In this document: piece after piece, positions 1 through 10,374 of the stretch
Layout: every line of letters begins with the position of its first letter
How positions within the stretch are numbered: the first letter of the stretch is position 1
From: Marsupella aquatica
Lineage: Eukaryota; Plantae; Marchantiophyta
Reading direction: 5' to 3'
DNA: 64,000 nt
NCBI GenBank assembly: GCA_973895155.1
Contig: OZ316895.1
Span: forward strand, 9,536,184 to 9,600,183
Translations under genes and position numbers: made by a program
The notes under the pieces: generated by a model
Told to the model about the DNA's origin: nothing
The model's input: the letters and a program-made list of their open reading frames with translations, nothing else
Databases searched by the model: none

Positions 1-284
1 TTCGAGAAGAATTGCCTTGCCTTGTCTTCGCTCTCTTAGCTTTTGATCTTCTCTTGATCTTGTTTTCGCTCTAGTGTGTAATAGTGTTTGGTCGAGGTCT
101 CTTCAGTCCCTTGTCAGATACTTGGGTCAGTGGAGGTGGTCTTGGTTGGGTCAATATAACATTGTGTTATACTTGGGTCAATATAACATTGTGTTGCGTT
201 TTATAAGTCTTGGTTCTTGGTCATTGAGTCTTGTTCTCTGTCTCACACCAGTCCTCAGGTGTCTCTAACACTCAGTCCAGATTA

Positions 285-765
285 TCTACTAACAGTTTGA
301 GTGTTTGGGTTCTTTGTGTCACTAACAGTCCTGAGGTGTCTCTAACATTGAATATATCAAGGTCATTTACTAACAGAGTCTGTCAAGGTTACTAACAGGT
401 TTGAGTTTTGGCCAGGATACTTACTAACAGTCCGAGTCTATCAAGAGTACTAACAGTCCGAGTCTGTCAAGAGTACTAACAGTCCGAGTCTGTCGAGTAC
501 TAACAGTCTGAGTCTGTCGAGTACTAACAATCTGAGTCTGTCGAGTACTAACAGTGCGAGGTTGTCAAGAGTACTAACAATCCGAGTCTGTCAAGAGTAC
601 TAACCGTCTGAGTCTGTCGAGTACTAACAATCTGGGTCTGTCGAGTACTAACAGTTCGAGGCTGTCAAGAGTACTAACAGTCCGAGTCTGTCAAGAGTAC
701 TAACAGTCTGAGTCTGTCAAGAATACTAACATCCTATGAGTATTATTCACCCTAACATCAGCTAA
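285..765. repeat. Tandem array of ~23-26 bp units (GAGTACTAACAGTCCGAGTCTGTC[AA])
   Basis: Near-identical units are contiguous from ~420 to ~735, with degenerate ACTAACA copies on both sides. There are no unique spacers. Confidence 0.9.
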
Positions 766-1191
766 CTTGTGTTTGTCTTGTGTCCCTTGTGTTTGCTCTC
801 TGTCCCTTGTGTTGCTAGGAAGAGGAATGTCCAGCGAATCACAACTAGGAGCAGACATCACTATCATTCCTTACACACCTGAAGATTTAGTCCAAGTGAT
901 CCTTGAAAACATAGAGAAAGAGTCATCACATTGTGTTAGAGATATTGAATTTTGTTTTTTGGTGTGCAGGTTAGGTGAAGAGAAGTTGCTTGCTGGACCA
1001 TTTCGGATTTTGCAGGCAACTGAGAATACAGGGGAGGACGAAACAGTGGTAGAGTCAAAAGAAAAGACTTTTTTTATAGTGAAAACAGTTGACACTTATC
1101 CAACTTATCTTTTTGAACTGAATTCTTGTATTTGCAATACAGATTCACAGAAGCAGTTTCCAGAGTCTAGAAAACTCTGTGCGAAGTTAAC

Positions 1192-2442
1192 ATGGCTTCT
1201 TTAAAGCGAAAAGCAAGACTTTCTGTGCAGGATAAGGAGGAAGCCTCTCTAGTTGACAGTGTTTTTGAATTGAGTATCATTGTGGGATATCTGGGTTCTG
1301 ATGTTCATAAGGATGAAATTCACAAGCTCCATAGTCTCATGCTTGATCATTGTGTGGCAGGTGTGATTGGACTTGAGAGGGGAGAACTGGAGAATCATCT
1401 CCATTTTCAGATGGTTGTGAGAGCCAGAACAAAATCCGCCAGGTCTTTTGGTTTTCTTGTGAGAAAGTATATGGGTTGGCATGGGGTCAAGAATATGAAT
1501 CCTGTTGGTAAAGTTATGTGTAAATGTTTGACTAATAGACAATTACATACTTGGAAAGGAATGATTGGTTATTGTTTGAAAGATTTAGGAGCTACCCATT
1601 TTGAGCAAGCATTGTTTAACATTACTGATGAAGAAGTGATTGCAGGAAAACAGTTACATTCTATTTTTGGCAGAGCAGATCTGAAGTCAAGAGTAACCCT
1701 CACAAACAAGAATGTAGCTGACAGAATGTATGTGTGGCACAAATACAGGTCACAAAGACCTCTGCATGCAACATTCATTTCAACATTAATAGAGATGGTG
1801 AAATCTGGGATCTTTATGCCTGCTGCAAGTTGGACTATTCCTTTAAATGGACAAGGAATGGATAGGAAGAGAATGACTTGTCTTTGGAAATGTATTATTG
1901 ATCCTATCAATGTATGCAAAGCTGATGTTGAAGAAGTTTTTCTTAGAAAAGCTTGGAGTGGTGGTTGTGGCAGATATTATTATGAATCAGCTGATGATGA
2001 TGTACCTGAACTGAGCACAGTGATTGAGGGATCTGCCACAAAGAGTTCTCTCAAGAAGTCCAAGGTGGAATCAAAATCTGTTTGTTTTGATGATATGTTT
2101 GCAGAAATCAAGGTGCCTGAGAAGAGAGTGACATTTGGTGATTCTTTGGGCGAATTTGTATCATTGGCAGACAGACAGCCATTTCCTAACTATAATTATT
2201 TGGAGACTATTGATGCATTGGCTGCAGAGCATTCTTCAGGGTCTAAGAAAGGAAAGGAGAAGATGACAAATACAGACATAATTGTCTTATCTGATGATGA
2301 AGAGATAGAACCTGCACAAGTGTATATTGATGCAGGGAAAAGGAGCAAATTTAAAGGCTGCACAACACTCTTAAGAAAGAGCCTCTTTAAGGTCAAGATT
2401 GAGCCAAGATCCCCTGTAAGTGGATGCAATGGAGATGGCTAA
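1192..2442 (+). CDS. Replitron-like HUH endonuclease (Rep-type transposase), 416 aa
   Basis: Intact ORF with LERGELENHLHFQ (HUH motif II) and GMIGYCLKD (catalytic YxxK). No helicase Walker motifs are visible, and the C-terminus is low complexity. Confidence 0.75.
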   Translation: MASLKRKARLSVQDKEEASLVDSVFELSIIVGYLGSDVHKDEIHKLHSLMLDHCVAGVIGLERGELENHLHFQMVVRARTKSARSFGFLVRKYMGWHGVKNMNPVGKVMCKCLTNRQLHTWKGMIGYCLKDLGATHFEQALFNITDEEVIAGKQLHSIFGRADLKSRVTLTNKNVADRMYVWHKYRSQRPLHATFISTLIEMVKSGIFMPAASWTIPLNGQGMDRKRMTCLWKCIIDPINVCKADVEEVFLRKAWSGGCGRYYYESADDDVPELSTVIEGSATKSSLKKSKVESKSVCFDDMFAEIKVPEKRVTFGDSLGEFVSLADRQPFPNYNYLETIDALAAEHSSGSKKGKEKMTNTDIIVLSDDEEIEPAQVYIDAGKRSKFKGCTTLLRKSLFKVKIEPRSPVSGCNGDG

Positions 2443-2637
2443 AACTGAGTGTCAAGTAAGTATTACAGGAAGTATTTGTCAACTTGTACTTAATTTTTAT
2501 GAGAGGGTAAGTTTATAGATGAGAGTGAGAGAATAAATAAACATATTTAATGTACATTTTTTTGTTTGTGTGGGAAGTGAATGGGAACGAAAGAAGAGAG
2601 GGGGGGGAGGGGGGTTACTCTGCCTGGAGGACTGTAT

Positions 2638-2912
2638 ACACATACAGTGTGGGGTTCAATTCCCCACCAGAGTCCTTGGATCCATGAAACTATGAAGCAT
2701 TTTGTGGATAACTCTGTGGATTCATAATGTGCACAAATTTTTAAAGCAAAATCATTATTTTGCAATTGCTCTCTTCAAATTTACATACAATGTGGGGTTC
2801 AATTTCCCACCCGAGTCCTTGGATTCATGAAACTATGAAGCCTTTTGTGGATAACTCCTCTGTGGATTCATAATGTGCACAGATTTTTAAAGGAAAATCA
2901 TTATTTTGCAGT
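2638..2912. repeat. ~145-bp tandem duplication downstream of the HUH ORF
   Basis: TGTGGGGTTCAATT...GAAACTATGAAGC...GGATTCATAATGTGCAC...AAATCATTATTTTGCA occurs twice. Confidence 0.8.
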
Positions 2913-4334
2913 TGCTGTCGTCAAATTTTTTTCCGACATTGGTTTTGGGTGGACATGTGACACTATTGAGAAGTTTTGTGCTAGTCGTTACTTTGGAATT
3001 GGCGTCTGCAAATTTTTTTCAGACATTGCTTATTCTAAGGTAAAATGCAATCTTAAATGTTTTTTAGAGGAGAAAATTAAATTAAGATGACCAAGAATAA
3101 TTTTTTTGACTAGAGGGGTCCAAAAATACTCCAGAAGACATTATTATGAGAAATGCCTTACTATAAAAGCTAATCAAAAATCTAATTTTGCCAGAAACAA
3201 ATGGGGAAAAAAAAAGCAAACGTGCATTCACCATATAGCAATGTCGGAAAAAAATTTGTGACTAATTACTGGTAAAGTTGTGACTCATGAGAAAACTCAG
3301 TCCTGACTAATTATTGCTTGTGACCCCCTCAAGCCCAGAGCTTATCCTGCACTTTCCCCAAATGATGGTACAGTGCACTAAATCAATATAGAGCGGAAGT
3401 GTACTTGACGAGGCATAGTAGTACTGTAGATTGGGCACCCTCCCTCAAATGATTCTGGACCAGCATTATTCCTGGAAAACTCATTTGCCTATTGGGTCCC
3501 TCCATTCAATTATGCTGCCCCTTAAGCACACAAAGTGAAGACATGAAGGCATATGTCTTCGACATGTTTCCAACTGCTACCTATGGTGTAGGGATCAAAA
3601 TAAGTGTTAATTTTGCTAGACTTTAGTTGTCCCAGCAAGTATAGTCCAGCAGTAGTAGTCTGCATCACTGCAATTGAGGTTCAGAGTTCAAGTTTCATAA
3701 GTTGACTAGCTTTTGCACAAATCCCCATCTCAAAGTGTGGTTCTCCAAATCCATTTGCAAACAAATTACTTTGCACTTTGGAAATTGGGAGAGAACTCTC
3801 TTATCACCTAATTGACACTTTCAAAAATTGGATAAGTTTACCAGCTTTTGCACAAACCCCCATCTCAAAGTGGAATCAGTTTGCACAAGAAACACTTGAC
3901 ACTAGGTTAAATTTGAGATCACTCTCTTATTATGTATACACACTTAGAAAGGTTGAAGGTCACTTTGTTATCACCAAAATTGCCACTTAAAAAAATTGGA
4001 GGTCGGTTTATTATCACCTAGAATATGTGGTGTCACCTAAATGGTCTGGTCACCTAAATGGCACTTAGAAAAGTTAGACGTCACCTAAATGGCACTTAGA
4101 AAAGTTAGACATCACCTACTGTAGATGGGAGGCCTACTGCATCTAATAGTGGGACCCAAGGGATTCCAATTAATGGCTTTTGGAGTAACCCTCACCTGAA
4201 TTTCAACTGGTGGGGAATCCTTTCCAAGAGGTTAAAACTTGGAAGGCTTTTAGAGGCGACATATACTTGATGGACTCCAAAATGAAAAGTGTTAGTTGAT
4301 AGAACCATTGGTTATCCAGACCGGTGATATACCT

Positions 4335-4777
4335 GAAATCAGTTTTTTACTAAGTAACCTGTCCCCCAAATTAACAGAATTTACTGAGGTGTCCCCCAAA
4401 TCAATTTATTAACTAACCTGACCCTTTTCCATGTATGGGTTAATATTGACTCAGTAGACATAACTCAAACTCTGTCCTTATTGGCTTAGGGCCTCTTGCT
4501 GCCATGTGGCAAGGCACTATTGACCCAAATTAACTTGTTGATTGCCCCCCTCAGCATGCTCTGCTGCAGGGCAAAACAACTTGAAAAAAATTGTTTTCTG
4601 GAGCAGAACCTATACCTATAGTAAGGTTTAGGGTTTAGGTGTTTAGTGTCCCAGCAACACTAGCCCATACACAAAATGGAGGTCAGGTTAATAAATAAAT
4701 TTGTTTGGGGGAAACCTTAGTAAATTCCTTTAGTAAATTCCTATAGTTAGGGGGACGAGTAGTGAAAAGCTGCACCC
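4335..4777. mobile_element. Putative MITE with ~100-bp imperfect terminal inverted repeats
   Basis: 4345-4440 (GTCCCCCAAA...GAATTTACT...TAACCTGACC...TGTATGGG) is the imperfect reverse complement of 4664-4772. No clear TSD was found. Confidence 0.5.
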
Positions 4778-5621
4778 TTAAATAAACGTATCTATTTTCT
4801 CACGGGGTCCATCAAGTATATGCCTATTGCTTTCATTATTGTAGCATAGCAGAGTTGTGGTCAAGAGCGAGGTTCCCAATTGCTTCTTTTGTGGCAGTGG
4901 ACTACAGTAGTGGTGCTGGAGCCCAACGATCTCCGTGGTCCCCAATCGCTGCCTGCTGTCCTCCACTATGGTTCCTCCTGGCTCGCAGCGATGGGCTCAT
5001 GGGCTCATGGGCTTCTCTCGGCTCATGGGCTTCTCTCGTCCTCAAGACGAGCGGCCAATTGTGCTCAATCCATGCGGGACCAAGGTGATGAGGACCTTCA
5101 GCAGCCACTTAGATGTCAGACAAGGATTCGGTATCGATATCAAAAATCTTGACGGCTTATCCTGATGTGATTGGCAACATTCGCTACCCTGCTGGTCCTC
5201 GGTAGGAATCAACAATGACGGGCTATTCCAGGTCTTGTGACCACTTGGCACCGGCATTTTCGATCTACAGTCGAAGCGACTTTGCCTTTTACCCACCATT
5301 GTTGGTAGTGCAGAATGCAGGGATGTACATTCCTCTAGAAATCACTAAGGAGTAATCTCTATTGAACGACTGCGATCGTTTGATTCCCGCAGTACTTCGG
5401 GGCTGTGCAATCCTAGCTCTCAGTTGTAGTTACTCCTCGTAATTTACCCTGTGATGTCGGAAGTAGTCCGTTGAGAGTGTTGGAGGACCCGCCAGGACGC
5501 GAGATTTGGCAATAAGTAGCTCATTGCGAAGCTGTTCAAGCAGACGTCTTAGTTTCTAGCTAGTTCCACACCTCGCACATCAGTCAGCCACTTCACAACA
5601 ATTTCTTCCTCTGTGGAAGCA

Positions 5622-6737
5622 ATGGCAGCAGCGACCGCACTTGCCTCAACGAGCTTGGCTGGACAGGCCCTTGGCCTGTCTAGCAATGCCCTCGCAGGGA
5701 AGGTCAATGTTGGCGAGGCCCGTGTGTCCATGAAGGCCAAGGCCAAGGCGACCGACAGCATTTGGTTTGCAACGAGTCTCTCCTCACTAGAATTCTGCTG
5801 CTTTTGTCCCGTTTGGCATGCCGAGAAGAGACCGACTAGGATATCAGCCAAGTCCAAATGTCAATCACGCATCAGGAAATCTAGCATAGTGGCGTGGTCA
5901 GTGGAGACTCCGAAGTGATGTGGTCACCATTGAGCACTCGGGTGCCTGACATGATGTCAAATCGAGTCGAGATCTTTGATTATGTAGTCCAGGAATTTTT
6001 CGTGGGATTGACTCGATGGTAGATAGTGGATTGCAGTACAGCTATTCTTTCGTGGAAATTGACTTGACTGTGGATTGCATTTCAGGTATGGTGAGGACCG
6101 TCCCAAGTTCTTGGGCCCCTTCTCCGGAGCTACCCCCTCATACCTCACCGGTGAGTACCCCGGTGACTACGGCTGGGACACCGCTGGACTCTCATCCGAC
6201 CCAGAGACGTTCTCCAAGAACCGGGAGTTGGAGGTGATCCACGCCAGGTGGGCTATGTTGGGAGCTCTCGGATGCGTTACTCCCGAGCTTTTGTCGAAGA
6301 ACGGTGTGAAATTCGGAGAGGCTGTGTGGTTCAAGGCCGGATCCCAGATCTTTAGCGAGGGAGGACTCGACTACTTGGGCAACTCCAGCCTGATCCACGC
6401 TCAGAGCATCCTTGCCATCTGGGCCTGCCAGGTTATCCTCATGGGAGCCATTGAGGGATACAGAGTAGGAGGAGGACCCCTCGGTGAGGTTGAGGACCCC
6501 ATCTACCCCGGAGGAGCATTCGACCCCTTGAACTTGGCTGAGGATCCAGATACCTTCTCTGAGTTGAAGGTGAAGGAGCTCAAGAATGGAAGACTTGCGA
6601 TGTTCTCCATGTTCGGATTCTTCGTTCAGGCCATCGTCACCGGAAAGGGACCCATCGAGAACTTGTCTGACCACTTGGCCGACCCCGTCGCCAACAACGC
6701 CTGGGCTTATGCCACCAGCTTCACCCCAGGATCCTAG
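5622..6737 (+). CDS. Lhcb: Major LHCII chlorophyll a/b-binding protein (Lhcb1/2/LhcbM type); exons 5622-5764 and 6086-6737
   Basis: Transit peptide MAAATALAS..., a GT-AG intron splitting SIW|YGEDRPK, and the motifs [27 protein letters not shown] and [10 protein letters not shown]. Confidence 0.95.
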
Positions 6738-7075
6738 ACAGGATATAGGCCACGGTTTCTCTTCTCTATTAGTCGATGTTCCGATGCTGGGAATTAGTTT
6801 CAATGGGCGGAACACACGTTGGACTTTTTCCCGGCGCTTGTATATTATCATTGAAATAAACATATTTCATTCAATCATATGTTGTGTGGGTCGTGTCTTT
6901 GTTCTTGTTGTTGCCTCTTTTAAAAGTCAATCAATATCTTAGATTCATTCGTTGGTGTATGGAAATTTTCTCGGGCTCGACTATTTTCAAGCAACTTCTG
7001 CTGGTGAGAGTTGGAAATAATAATCTGAGGCCCATTCTTGAAAGTTGCGACTGCAAACTTGTGAAACGTATATAC

Positions 7076-7213
7076 GATCCAAATGCACAGATGACATTGT
7101 GTCCAAAGGACTAGAACCCCATACAGGGATCAACAAATTCCAGTACGTATGATCCACATGGACAGATGACATTGTGTCCGAAGGACTAGAACCCCACACA
7201 GGGATCAACAAAA
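7076..7213. repeat. ~75-bp tandem duplication
   Basis: GATCCA..ACAGATGACATTGTGTCC.AAGGACTAGAACCCCA.ACAGGGATCAACAAA occurs twice. Confidence 0.8.
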
Positions 7214-8598
7214 TTCAGACACCGCAAGGTGGTAACTGAGAAGTGGTCAATCACGCTCAAGGCAGCCACGTCAGTTTCCAATTTAGATTGCAGAATTCAC
7301 AGTAACGATCTACTGTATATTATAGCGGCAACTAATGATTACCAAATCGGTGATTCAAAATAAATTGCAAGCTTTCACAATTGAGTTCCCCGCACTCTAG
7401 TTTCTTTCATGAGCTTGATGCACTGTCTTTGACTATCCGATCACAGACCAGAGTGTGGAACCAAGTGTTATCCTACGCGGATATTTGGTGTGTTGCGGAT
7501 GTGATTCTGACCAGATAAAATTAGATAGATCTGCTGCAGAATATAGAGATGTTCCTACGTCAGCAAAGGCAAGCGAGGACTGCAAGGACGGCTAGGACGG
7601 CGATGGTTAATCAGTTGTGTGTTGGTTGTTGATGCTGGGGTGAGTTCTGTCACTTCGCTCGAAAGTATTCAAAGGGCTGACCACTATACAGAGTCTGCAT
7701 ATTACATATATTGATGATGGAGCCGAAGGATGTCAACAATGTGATGTATATAACAAAAACTGGTTCGTGAGAGACTGTACAATGGGCGTTAACCTTTTAA
7801 TTCTAAGCAAAAACGCAACATGGGTTCCTTCGCTGTGTCTACTTATCCTGATGTGTGTTCGATTTTGACATGCCGTCTTGGCTTTCGTACCTGCGTTGAT
7901 TGACGACAGTCGGTAAGCATGTTAATGAGCTCCTCTATTGTATACCGCGGTTCTGGGTTCAGGACTTCATAAATGCAAGACAATTGAAAACCTGATCTAG
8001 CCTTCACTTTAATTTGTTAACTTGTGCAAATATGCTCAATTTAGTGAATATTCGGGTAGCAATTCTTCATCCGATGAATCTAGCAGAGACTGGCTGCAGG
8101 CAGGTGACTTCAGTTGCTCAACGAATGGCAATTTCTGCTTAGGTAAGGGGAGAATACAATGTATACATATCAGCTGGCCCAACATCATTCGCGGCTTTTC
8201 TGACAACAGCGTTACGCACAACCAGATTTTCTGAAACTTTGGCTCCAATGTATAGCCTGCAAGTTCTCTTGATTCTCCCCTGCTGATCGGTGGAGGAAAA
8301 ACATGATGTCAAAACGCGTCATTCTGTATTATTTAGGAAAGGTGGTAGATGTGGTGCATCGAAGTGTACGCTAGAAGATAACAAGCCGTTCGCGATATTG
8401 GGTCAAGGTGACCACGTCAGACAATGTTGTCACGGAAATTGGCCTCATTCTCATAATCAGATGTTTGATTGTTTGAAGAAATGGTATCATTTCCTTTCTC
8501 TCTAGTCGATATCCCTTCCAGCCATTCATCGCCCATCTCATTTCGAGGACCCCCATCCACCGCACCACACCACACAAGCCCACACAAGCCCATCAGCC

Positions 8599-9135
8599 AT
8601 GCCCCACATAGGCTTGCCGCCGAACCAACCGGGTATGGTGGCCCTAGGTTCCTACCGCCCAGATGTGTACACCCGCCTGGCCTCGCTGGCCGACCTCCTG
8701 CTGCAGCAGCAGCAGCAGCCATCCAGCACGCTCTCGCCCGGCGACCGCGTCAACCGCTGCGACTACTGCCATCTGATCCACGGCGCCGTAGCCGCTGCGC
8801 ACTTGCACGACACAAAGCTCGTTGACGATGTGAAATGTAATCTCGACAGCAGCGCCGCAACGCCGAAGATGAAGAAGCTTTTGGGAATCGCGTGCATGGT
8901 GCAGAGGAGCGGCAGGGACGTCACGGCCGAGGCGGTGGAGAGTGCGAAGATGGATGTTCATGATACGGTGTTGATTGCGGCGACGTTTTGTATGTTTAAT
9001 CGCTATGTCGATGGTTTAGCCACGGAGATGCCCGGCGATGTGGGCGCTTTCTTGCAGAGGGGGCCGATGATTGCGCAGGTGGGCTATCAGGCGTTGGGAA
9101 AAAGATCGGAGAACGTAGGGGATGAAGCCATGTAA
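8599..9135 (+). CDS. AhpD/carboxymuconolactone decarboxylase-family peroxidase-related protein (bacterial type), possibly degenerate
   Basis: Intronless GC-rich ORF with MPHIxLP, NRCDYCHLIHG (CxxC...H) and VHDTVLIAATFCMFNRYVDGLAT. Confidence 0.75.
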   Translation: MPHIGLPPNQPGMVALGSYRPDVYTRLASLADLLLQQQQQPSSTLSPGDRVNRCDYCHLIHGAVAAAHLHDTKLVDDVKCNLDSSAATPKMKKLLGIACMVQRSGRDVTAEAVESAKMDVHDTVLIAATFCMFNRYVDGLATEMPGDVGAFLQRGPMIAQVGYQALGKRSENVGDEAM

Positions 9136-10374
9136 AAGCTTGGCCGCCGTGGAAGACATGATATTGCGGCCGTTCAGAGAACAAGACGCCGGCAGAATTG
9201 ACAACGCAAAATAAATGTGTGCCACAGGTAGGTAATTTATGTTTGTTCACTGTTAGATGCCATTTTCTTGTATGTCCACGTTGAAGGAGTGGATGAGACG
9301 AAGTGGTGAACGCTGAGGGCTTGTGACTTGTTCCTGGAAACGTAAAATGAGTAGAGTACTCGTAATAAGAGGAGGTGATATTGCCTGTCTTTTCCTCCCG
9401 GGAGTAGTCCTTAAACCATCTAGTCTTGCGTGCACTCTCTAATATGACCAATCGGTTCTGCGGAAAGATTAACCGAGAACGACGCAGTAAGGAGTTTTCG
9501 ACTTCTTGATTCTGTCTAGTCGATTAATCGTCGCATGTGTTCATTGTCATGAAACTTCGAAGAAATCCAAGCGGTTATTCAAGCGACAAGACTACTTGCG
9601 GGACGAGTTTTTAGTAACAAGTTGTGTGGAAGCTCAGAACAAGGAGGTGTTTATCACGACATTTTTTCCTGTGAATATCTGACGAGCGTTCATGACCAGA
9701 CAAGAACTCGTTTGGAACAATGGTGAGAGTCTCTGCTCCAGGGGAGAAACTTCTTTCAAAGCTTCAGCTGTAATTCGGTCAGTATAGGATGCAGGGTTAC
9801 AGATAGACGCCGAAGTGCACAACACAATCTAGATGTAGCACTTCTAGACAGCATTTGCAAAACAGTTACATGCTCACAAGAATCGAAGCAAGCCCCCTCA
9901 TGCCCAAGCTGCACGATTCTATGTTCGACAGCAAGCTTATTTATATACGCGAATAGACAGGGCAACTTCTAGGCTTAAGCCAAGAAGTATTTGCCAACAA
10001 CTACGTCCAAGAGGAAACCTTGTCTTGTCATTGGAAGACATTGCAAATTGTTGTTCTCCTTGTACTGTAAACGTCTTCATTTACGCGTTTATGTTTTTCA
10101 ACAGACTTTTGAGAATGTCGAGGATTAGTTACCTCCATGCCTGTCTCCCCATCTATAACACATACAACGAGCCAGGAGGTGATACAACGATTCACCGCTG
10201 CAAATCTCAAAACCTTACAGATAGTCCGCTCATATAGTCCAAGACTCTCAAGGAATGGATACGATTGAGGTACTCTGAGCAAGATCTCCCATTAAATCCT
10301 TCCAAATTGCCTGCATGATCCTCTCCTCTCAGATCATGTGCACAAACTAGCCTTCGCTCTCTATGATACCATGC

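Noticed and set aside
420-735. CRISPR-like array
   Set aside because: The units are contiguous without unique spacers, there are no cas genes, and the context is eukaryotic.
767-1204. 145-aa ORF overlapping the HUH start
   Set aside because: It has no motifs and contains pyrimidine tracts ending in AG, so it is more likely spliced leader or intron sequence.
4622-4646. Telomere-like TTTAGGG repeats (also TTAGGG at ~21228)
   Set aside because: Only 2-3 imperfect units are present, which is common inside plant TEs.
6192-6863. 223-aa antisense ORF over Lhcb
   Set aside because: This is a shadow frame caused by codon bias.
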